A stretch of DNA of 13,778 nt from Candidatus Eiseniibacteriota bacterium (GTDB taxonomy: Bacteria > Eisenbacteria > RBG-16-71-46 > CAZAMP01), in NCBI GenBank assembly GCA_965224245.1, contig CBDCYW010000011.1, forward strand, positions 1-13,778. The letters run 5' to 3'. The notes under the pieces were generated by a model. That model made no database searches. It saw nothing but the letters and a program-made list of their open reading frames with translations, and was not told the DNA's origin. This document shows positions 8,166-13,778 of this stretch, piece after piece; within the stretch, counting starts at the first letter, position 1, and every line of letters begins with the position of its first letter. The position numbers and the translations under genes were made by a program.

Positions 8166-8417
8166 GGCGACCTCCTGGTCTTAACGCCCCATCTCTAGAG
8201 ACCGAGCTTAGACACTCACCCGCTTCGAGGACAACAGCGGCCGTATTGCAAAAGGGATAACGAGGGCCATCGCAAACCGTGCAACTGCAATGTGCGCGGC
8301 AATGTCCGGTGCTATGTAACTCGTTATTTGGCAGTTATTTACGGGACTTCATGAAGTCGTCACCGTGCCCTCGTTGACCGACCGGTCGACGGGAAATCAA
8401 CTCACGGAGGTGACAAC
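8166..8417. promoter_or_regulatory. Divergent control region with palindromes and short repeats
   Basis: Non-coding and more AT-rich than the flanking genes. Perfect palindrome GACTTCATGAAGTC (8345-8358); GCAATGT twice (8287, 8299); GTTATTT twice; ATTGCA/TGCAAT inverted pair (8245-8250 / 8286-8291); SD sequences pointing outward at both ends. Confidence 0.55.
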
Positions 8418-8963
8418 ATGAAGTTCTTGGTCGGATGGAAGGGCGCGGCGCTTGGCCTGGCGCTCGCGGTTACTGCGGGGGCGGTGCCGGGGATGGCGAT
8501 GGGCTGGGGGCCCGACGAGCTCAGCCCCTCGGACTCGACGCTCGCGGCCGAAACGGCACAGGCGTTTCCGGTGCAGATGGGGTTCGTGCACCTGACGGGT
8601 CAGTTCGAGAAGGTCGAAGAGGCTTGGGCGTCCCGAGACACGACGGCGGCCCGCGCTGCGTATGACAAGATGACGTTGTGCGCGCATGAGCTGGTAACGA
8701 CACTCGAGGTGCTGTCGGGTAGCCGGCTCTCCGGTCGGCGGGCCGCGCTCGTGCGTTGGGTCGCGTCGAGGAACAGCATCCCGCCCGGGCTCATGCTGAT
8801 TGCAGATGTCTTTCCGGAAGCAGAGAGTTCGACGGAGCCCGAGACCACGGACGATGAGGGTGGGTCGACGCTCGGGCGTATCGCAGGGACGGTGCGGGAT
8901 GTCGGCGGGGTCCTGGTGGCGGCAGCAGGGGTTCGCGCAGCTTGGGAGGCGCTCTTCAAGTAG
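8418..8963 (+). CDS. Hypothetical exported protein (Sec signal peptide)
   Basis: 181 aa. SD GGAGG 7 nt before the ATG. MKFLVGWKGAALGLALAVTAGA signal-like N-terminus, helical core, acidic linker and hydrophobic/amphipathic C-terminus. Followed by a hairpin. Confidence 0.75.
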   Translation: MKFLVGWKGAALGLALAVTAGAVPGMAMGWGPDELSPSDSTLAAETAQAFPVQMGFVHLTGQFEKVEEAWASRDTTAARAAYDKMTLCAHELVTTLEVLSGSRLSGRRAALVRWVASRNSIPPGLMLIADVFPEAESSTEPETTDDEGGSTLGRIAGTVRDVGGVLVAAAGVRAAWEALFK

Positions 8964-8971
8964 CCGAGTCG

Positions 8972-8998
8972 CGGGGACGGTGTGCGAGGCCGTCCCCG
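8972..8998 (+). terminator. GC-rich hairpin after the plus-strand gene (possible terminator or 3' stabiliser)
   Basis: CGGGGACGG (8972-8980) pairs with CCGTCCCCG (8990-8998), 8 nt after the TAG. No U-tract. Confidence 0.5.
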
Positions 8999-9045
8999 TC
9001 ACCCCCAGCCACTTCAACGGTGGGCGTACGCATTCTAGGGGCAAC

Positions 9046-9079
9046 AAGAAACGGCCCGCCGACCGAAGTCGACGGGCCG
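9046..9079 (-). terminator. Intrinsic terminator for the two small minus-strand genes
   Basis: Minus strand reads CGGCCCGTCGAC-TTCG-GTCGGCGGGCCG-TTTCTT: 12-bp stem, C(UUCG)G tetraloop and U-rich tail. Confidence 0.85.
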
Positions 9080-9106
9080 CGTCTCGCGCTGCGTTCGGGG
9101 TGGAGA

Positions 9107-9355
9107 CTAGTAGCCGCCGCCGTCGAACATGTCGTTGACCTGGTCGTGGACCGAGATGGTCTGACCCTGCTTGAGGCCCGGAATCTCGGTGGTGACGTGC
9201 CATCCGGGGTTCACCGTCTCGGGGTGAAGCGGCCGGACGTAGCCGAAGTGGCTCGTTCCAGCGTAGCCGCCGACCGGGCTGATTTCGGGCTGCGGGTTGA
9301 ACATCTGGTTGAAGGCGAAGGTCGCCTCCGGGCTAGGGTTGAACTCGTTGTTCAT
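9107..9355 (-). CDS. Small hypothetical protein (82 aa)
   Basis: SD AGGAG upstream. Strong host-like codon bias (all Asn AAC, Phe TTC, Tyr TAC, Asp GAC). Followed by a terminator. Internal FNPSPE/FNPQPE duplication. Confidence 0.8.
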   Translation of the reverse strand: MNNEFNPSPEATFAFNQMFNPQPEISPVGGYAGTSHFGYVRPLHPETVNPGWHVTTEIPGLKQGQTISVHDQVNDMFDGGGY

Positions 9356-9376
9356 GACTGGACTCTCCTGTGTGGT

Positions 9377-9403
9377 GACGGGGGTCGGAGGCCGACCCCC
9401 GTC
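9377..9403. other. Perfect intergenic hairpin
   Basis: GACGGGGGTCGG-AGG-CCGACCCCCGTC: a 12-bp perfect stem between the two small genes, 7 nt upstream of the second gene's SD. Confidence 0.7.
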
Positions 9404-9437
9404 GAGTTGTTGATGTCTCTGGCGTCGTGTTCCGGGG

Positions 9438-9677
9438 CTAGGGAAGCTTCAGGCCACCGGGACCGCAGGCGTCTCGGAGGTTCGCGGTACCTACCGTGTC
9501 GTAGATGCGGTACGAGATGGTCTCGGCCGCCCCGGTCGGCCGCACGTTCAGGTCGATGTGCGGCTGGTGGGCATCGCCGAAATCCGGGTAGGCGGACACG
9601 TACTCCAGGCTACCGTTGAGGTAGTCGTTGCAGACGCGGTCGAGGTTGAAGGGCTCGACCCTGTTGATGGGCTCCAT
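9438..9677 (-). CDS. Small hypothetical protein (79 aa)
   Basis: SD AAGGAG upstream, high-GC3 codon usage, and the same 11-nt leader AGGAGAGTCCA as the 9107-9355 gene. Confidence 0.8.
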   Translation of the reverse strand: MEPINRVEPFNLDRVCNDYLNGSLEYVSAYPDFGDAHQPHIDLNVRPTGAAETISYRIYDTVGTANLRDACGPGGLKLP

Positions 9678-9689
9678 TGGACTCTCCTT

Positions 9690-9789
9690 CGCTCTGGCGC
9701 TGGCCGGGTCGCTCCGTGTTAGGGAGCGGTGGTGGACTGTCCAACCACGATGCAGAGATTAGGGAGGGCTCGTCCTCCGTCCCAGAGCG
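9690..9789 (-). other. Candidate structured 5' leader (multibranch RNA or ssDNA fold)
   Basis: Closing stem CGCTCTGG (9690-9697) / CCAGAGCG (9782-9789) encloses three hairpins (9710-9728, 9728-9748, 9763-9778). TTAGGGAG is repeated at 9719 and 9759. The stem abuts the SD of the 79-aa gene. Confidence 0.45.
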
Positions 9790-9819
9790 GTTAACTTGAA
9801 CGTTCTGGAAAAATCCTGC

Positions 9820-11202
9820 CTAAACGACAACTTCGTAGGTGTTTATCTCGTGCCAGTACCGATGGCGGTCGTCGCTGGCAACGATGAGTTCTCGCTCGTC
9901 GATTAGGGCGCGCAAGTAGTCTTCGTGCGCCCAGACAACGGCGACGCGAAACGGCACGCGCTTGGGTTTCCCAAGTGGACGTAGCTCTGCCCCCGCCCGT
10001 TCGGCTGCCTGGTGGGCCTCCGGAGCCGCGAGGTGAGAGAACTGGATGAAGACGCGCTTTGCGAGCTTGTGCCCGTCGTGGATTACCTCGGAGAGGAGCT
10101 CCGTGCCGGCGACGGTTGATGACATACCGACAGATTCGAAACCGGACAGGAGCGGCAGGTACGGTGGGTTGCACAGCAGTACATCGTAGTGCGGGACCTG
10201 GCCGGCGTGGGTCCAGTTCAATCCGAGCCCCAGGTGTGCGTGCACGCTTGGGCGATTGGTGCGGTGAGCGTTACGCGCCCAGTTCGCCACAGAATAGAGA
10301 AGTGGCGTGAGCAGCCAGTCGGCGAAATCGAGCCGTTGAATGCTCGAGCTCTGGGCAGCGAATGCCGTGCCCAGAACACCTGTGCCGCAACCCACGTCGA
10401 CTACCGACTCTGCTCGGCCAAAGGCTCCATGCTGCTTGAGCTTATCGAGCATCGAGAAAGTGTCTACGGAGGGAGGCCAGAATTCAGGGCCCCGGCGCCA
10501 TAGGAAAGACAGCCTGTTCCACCGGATGTCGACGAGGCCATTCGAGAATGCGGCAAGTAGCTCTTTCTTCGATTCGAACGAGTGAACCGGGCAAGGGACT
10601 GGCTCGCCCATCGGCTCCTTGGGATTAAGGTCGGGAGTATCGCAGTGACAGTCCCAAAGGAGCTGTGGAGATTCGATTGGTAGCTCGAAACCATCACCGC
10701 GGAAGGTGAGCTTTCGGAACCCGGCCGACACCTGAATGACAAGGTCGGGACTGGGAAGCGCGTTGGCGAGCTCCTCAACGGAGGCGGGCTGGTCTATTTG
10801 GTTCAGGAGCTCATCGACCGAGAAACCGGTCTTCACAAGGCCAGCAGTGACGAGATGCTGATACTCACGCATGAGTAGATGCTGGGCGAGATGCCGGTGG
10901 TCGCGTAGCGCCTGAACTATCAGCTGGTCTGTTTCGCTGACCGCACGGAGCAGCTTATCCCACTTGGTCGTAGAACTCGCTGGTGGGTTTTTCAGGAGCA
11001 AGTAAGAGACCTCGCACCCGAGGGCGCGTGCTACTCGGACGATGGTGGAGTCTCGGTAAGATGACTTCTTCGCCTTCTCGATGTTCCAAATGGTCCGAAC
11101 GTCCTTGAGTCCAGCTTTGGCAGCGAGCTCTTCCTGAGTTAAGCCCTTTTCGTATCGAGCTTCCTTTACTCGTTCCGCCAGCGTTTGAGCATCAACCTGC
11201 AT
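9820..11202 (-). CDS. XRE-HTH fused to a class I SAM-dependent methyltransferase (HemK/PrmC/MTS-like, NPPY)
   Basis: 460 aa. N-terminal Cro/C1 HTH (RVKEARYEKGLTQEELAAKAGL...IWNIEK...VRVARALGCEVSYLL). MTase motifs FWPPSVDT, VVDVGCGTGVLG and YDVLLCNPPYLP. GGAGAGG upstream. Confidence 0.88.
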   Translation of the reverse strand: MQVDAQTLAERVKEARYEKGLTQEELAAKAGLKDVRTIWNIEKAKKSSYRDSTIVRVARALGCEVSYLLLKNPPASSTTKWDKLLRAVSETDQLIVQALRDHRHLAQHLLMREYQHLVTAGLVKTGFSVDELLNQIDQPASVEELANALPSPDLVIQVSAGFRKLTFRGDGFELPIESPQLLWDCHCDTPDLNPKEPMGEPVPCPVHSFESKKELLAAFSNGLVDIRWNRLSFLWRRGPEFWPPSVDTFSMLDKLKQHGAFGRAESVVDVGCGTGVLGTAFAAQSSSIQRLDFADWLLTPLLYSVANWARNAHRTNRPSVHAHLGLGLNWTHAGQVPHYDVLLCNPPYLPLLSGFESVGMSSTVAGTELLSEVIHDGHKLAKRVFIQFSHLAAPEAHQAAERAGAELRPLGKPKRVPFRVAVVWAHEDYLRALIDERELIVASDDRHRYWHEINTYEVVV

Positions 11203-11223
11203 CTAAGAGCGCCCTCTCCAGGG

Positions 11224-13050
11224 TTAGAATTCGTCAGGTGCGGTAGCCGCCGCCGTAGCAAACGCCGGGGACTGGTACCAGAGATTGACAGAGTGACCGG
11301 TAACGCCATCGTACCGGTGGCCCTTCACCATCAACCGGATTCTCCCGCCGTCTGGACCTTCCCAGATGGTCTCGGTAGTTCGGCCCGGAGGCGGAAGCGC
11401 GTCTCTTGTTTCCTCGCCCCGCTGCGGAGGGCCGTATCGAGACGTGAGCTCGGACCGAAGCCCGAAGTAGAGGTCGTTGACCTTCTTCTTGAAGCGCTGA
11501 GCCTCGTACCCACCTGTCACGATGTAGTCGCGGAGGTGCAGTCCTTGAAGACCCCCGCGGGGGTCGAAGATGAGGCCTGCGCTCATTTCGTGACCGAGCA
11601 TGTCGGGCCAGTCGCGCACCCCTGAGCGCCGCCAGCCGTCGGGGCAGTCGTCCTCTTTGCCATCACCTGCCTTGCACTCGCTGGTCTTTCTTCCGACGCG
11701 ACCATCGAAGGTTTCGGCCGTGGACTTCGTTTCGTCGTGGGACATGCCCCAGCGAAACCCGCGGGGTGGTGTGACGGCCTGGTCGGCGAGCTGGCTGAGT
11801 CTCTCTTCCTCCCGCGCAATCGCCTCACTACCACCGGTGAGGCATTCGAGGACGGTTCTGTAGGCCTCGGCTCTCGTCCTAAGGTCTGGTGCCTCTGCGT
11901 CGAGCCAGCCGCTAAGGGTGCTGATGGCCTCTCGGTAGCCGGTCGGTAGGAAGCGCCCGTATGCAAGGCGCGTGCGGATGTTGTTGAGCGCCTCGCCGGC
12001 GCGGTTGCTCTCCGCGATGAAGCCGGCTGGGGTCCAAGCGCTCGCGAGGTCGAGGCTCCCATCTCCGCATTCGAGGGAGATGGAACTAGCCGCAAGGAGG
12101 AAGTCGGAACCGCAAACGGATTGCTCAGCCGCCTTTACGAAGTCTTCGCAGGAGTGTGCCTCCAGCACGACGCGGACCCGCTCAATCTCGGCCGCGGCTG
12201 CCGTCGCTTGGGCAAAAAGGGCTGAAGCGCGCTCAGCCTGGGCGATGTCTGGCTGACGGGACTGGTCAAACCCGGCGGGCCGAATCTCCTCGATGTCCAG
12301 GTGGATTGGAATTCCGAAGTCGGCAAGGTCCGGAAAGAGCTTTCCGGGCTCGGGTTCGGGTAGCGACGCGGGCTTTGGCTTGGGCGGTGAGGCCGTCTTC
12401 CCGGGTTCCGGTTCCTCCTCAACGGGCTCGGGCTCTTCGTCCTCTCCCCCACCGAAGAGGTCCCGGAACTGAACGGACACGGTCTCCGTGAGAATCCGGA
12501 GGAAGCCGCGGTCGCGAGAGTTGTCTTCAGTTTCTTCCTCCGGCTCCTCGTGAGCGGGCTCAGGTGCCGGCTCGGGGGTGGGTTCTGGCTCCTCGACCTT
12601 CGCGCGGCGAGCCACTCGCCGGCGCGGGCTCTCGATGACTCGACCGGTGACGGACACGAGCTCACCGCGAGAGAGTGACTCCAAGTGTGCCATGAATTCG
12701 GGAGTCAGGCGGGAGCGCTGCTCCACGAACCGGATGGCGTGTGGGGTGCCGTCGACGCGGCCTTGGAGGTTCACTTGCCCCACAACGCAGAGGCCAAGAA
12801 CCGGGTCGTCCACCGCTCGAAGAAAGCTCAGTTGCCCGAGCCAGCCTTCGAGCATGGTCCCCTTGGGAATGGTGGAACCGAAAGCCTGAAGCTCCTCGGC
12901 GCGATTCGCGCGGCGAAGCTCGTTATCGGCTGCGGCCTGGTACTCCGCATAGGTCTCGTGCCACTTCGTCTCCCACTCGGCCTGATTGACGTTGGCGCGG
13001 GCTGCGAGCGGAATGGACAGTGCGACGAGAATGAGCGCGGTTCTAATCAT
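11224..13050 (-). CDS. Hypothetical exported multidomain protein (608 aa), probably separate from the upstream coupling protein
   Basis: Internal ATG at 13050 of the 843-aa ORF, with AGGA 6 nt upstream, begins a typical signal peptide MIRTALILVALSIPLAARA|N. Then an OB-fold-like segment (LSRGELVSVTGRV), a Pro/Glu-rich tract, a helical region and a C-terminal alpha/beta domain (GFRWGMSHDE...LTSRYGPP...WEG). Confidence 0.7.
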   Translation of the reverse strand: MIRTALILVALSIPLAARANVNQAEWETKWHETYAEYQAAADNELRRANRAEELQAFGSTIPKGTMLEGWLGQLSFLRAVDDPVLGLCVVGQVNLQGRVDGTPHAIRFVEQRSRLTPEFMAHLESLSRGELVSVTGRVIESPRRRVARRAKVEEPEPTPEPAPEPAHEEPEEETEDNSRDRGFLRILTETVSVQFRDLFGGGEDEEPEPVEEEPEPGKTASPPKPKPASLPEPEPGKLFPDLADFGIPIHLDIEEIRPAGFDQSRQPDIAQAERASALFAQATAAAAEIERVRVVLEAHSCEDFVKAAEQSVCGSDFLLAASSISLECGDGSLDLASAWTPAGFIAESNRAGEALNNIRTRLAYGRFLPTGYREAISTLSGWLDAEAPDLRTRAEAYRTVLECLTGGSEAIAREEERLSQLADQAVTPPRGFRWGMSHDETKSTAETFDGRVGRKTSECKAGDGKEDDCPDGWRRSGVRDWPDMLGHEMSAGLIFDPRGGLQGLHLRDYIVTGGYEAQRFKKKVNDLYFGLRSELTSRYGPPQRGEETRDALPPPGRTTETIWEGPDGGRIRLMVKGHRYDGVTGHSVNLWYQSPAFATAAATAPDEF

Positions 13051-13778
13051 CTCGGTTCCTATGTTTCCTGTACCTGGGCTGCTCCGGTTCGGGTGGTGTT
13101 GTCGCTCTCTGGGTTTCGGCTGCTTGGCGGTCTCATCCGGCGGCTGCGGGTCCAGTCCAAGCCGGGCTCGTTCGTCGGCGGTCCACGGGCTTAGTGGTAC
13201 CTCGGCAACGGGGCGGATTCCGAAGTCGCGCTTGTCCCGGTCGCGAGGGCTCGGAACGTCGCGTCGTATCTTGCTCTCGGCCAGGTCGAAGCGCCAGGGT
13301 CGGTCGACCGCCTCGGAAGCGAAGAACCCGCGCAGTCGCCCGCCCTTATTTCTCGCAAGGAGCATTTCGGTTCGGACCACGGCCTCGCGCGAGAACTGTT
13401 CGGACCGACTCTCCTCGAGGTTCATGCGGCTGTATCGCTTCGCCTTCCGCCGAACCTCCCGCTCGCCGAAGAACTTCGAGACCCACTCTGCGGTCTCGGG
13501 ATTGTTTAGGCTGAGGTAACCCTGGTTCCCGACGCTGTTTAGGATGCTGCGCGTCTGGTGTTCGCCGTAGATGTCGTAGAGCGCCTCGATGTCTTGAAAG
13601 CCCAAAAACGTGCATGCGCCATAGCTTCTGCCGGCGCGAATGAGCTCGGGGAGGAGCGGGAGCTTTCCAACGTTGGATACCTCGTCGAGGACAACCCAGG
13701 AGCGCGCGGGGTTTGAGTCCTCGTCGTGCTCGCTGTCTTCGAGAAGCCGCTTCATGATGAGCGTGAGGAGTGCCTTGT
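13051..13778 (-). CDS. Type IV coupling protein (TrwB/TraD/VirD4-like), C-terminal part; 5' end outside the window, no in-frame stop before the next gene
   Basis: Walker B WVVLDEVSNVGKLP, then GRSYGACTFLGFQDIEALYDIYG, SILNSVGNQ and PETAEWVSKFFGEREV, the hallmark C-terminal motifs of coupling proteins. The frame stays open to the window edge (KALLTLIMKRLL). Confidence 0.88.

Larger units (their letters stand above)
1..13778. mobile_element. Part of a conjugative or mobilisable element (plasmid, ICE or IME) carrying a type I RM system
   Basis: Coupling protein, tyrosine recombinase with an adjacent palindromic site, RM cargo, two XRE regulators and orphans, with no housekeeping genes. Boundaries are not visible. 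Confidence 0.65.

Noticed and set aside
6885-8198. 437-aa plus-strand ORF
   Set aside because: Antisense shadow of the HTH-TPR gene, which has the SD, domain motifs and terminator.
8397-9619. ORFs 8397-9203 (-) and 8942-9619 (+)
   Set aside because: Arg/Pro-rich, without recognisable motifs, and they cross terminators and better-supported genes.
8960-9800. CRISPR array or integron attC cassette array suggested by several hairpins around small ORFs
   Set aside because: The hairpins differ in sequence and are not regularly spaced. I saw no consistent RYYYAAC/GTTRRRY ends, and the recombinase lacks an evident IntI-specific insertion.
11224-13755. Single 843-aa protein starting at 13755, as given in the ORF track
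   Set aside because: The frame is open past the window edge, so 13755 is not the true start, and the internal SD plus signal peptide at 13050 argues for two genes.

Overview
A GC-rich accessory or mobile-element segment; almost all genes are on the minus strand. Read in the direction of transcription (right to left), it holds: the C-terminal part of a TrwB/TraD-like type IV coupling protein that runs in frame, with no stop, into a probably separate 608-aa exported protein; an XRE-HTH fused to a HemK/PrmC-like NPPY methyltransferase; a structured leader followed by two ~80-aa orphan genes and a terminator; one plus-strand exported orphan; an XRE-HTH/TPR regulator ending in a signal-peptide/propeptide-like tail; a long-spaced inverted repeat and terminator; a dif/loxP-like palindrome; a tyrosine recombinase split by a one-base frameshift; and a type I restriction-modification operon (hsdM-hsdS-hsdR, with hsdR running off the left edge and missing from the ORF track). 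The best candidate for an undescribed system is the HTH-TPR module at 6843-8165. It resembles an RRNPP/arbitrium-type peptide-signalling locus in which receptor and propeptide are one polypeptide, placed upstream of the recombinase. All family assignments come from reading motifs by eye; no searches were run.
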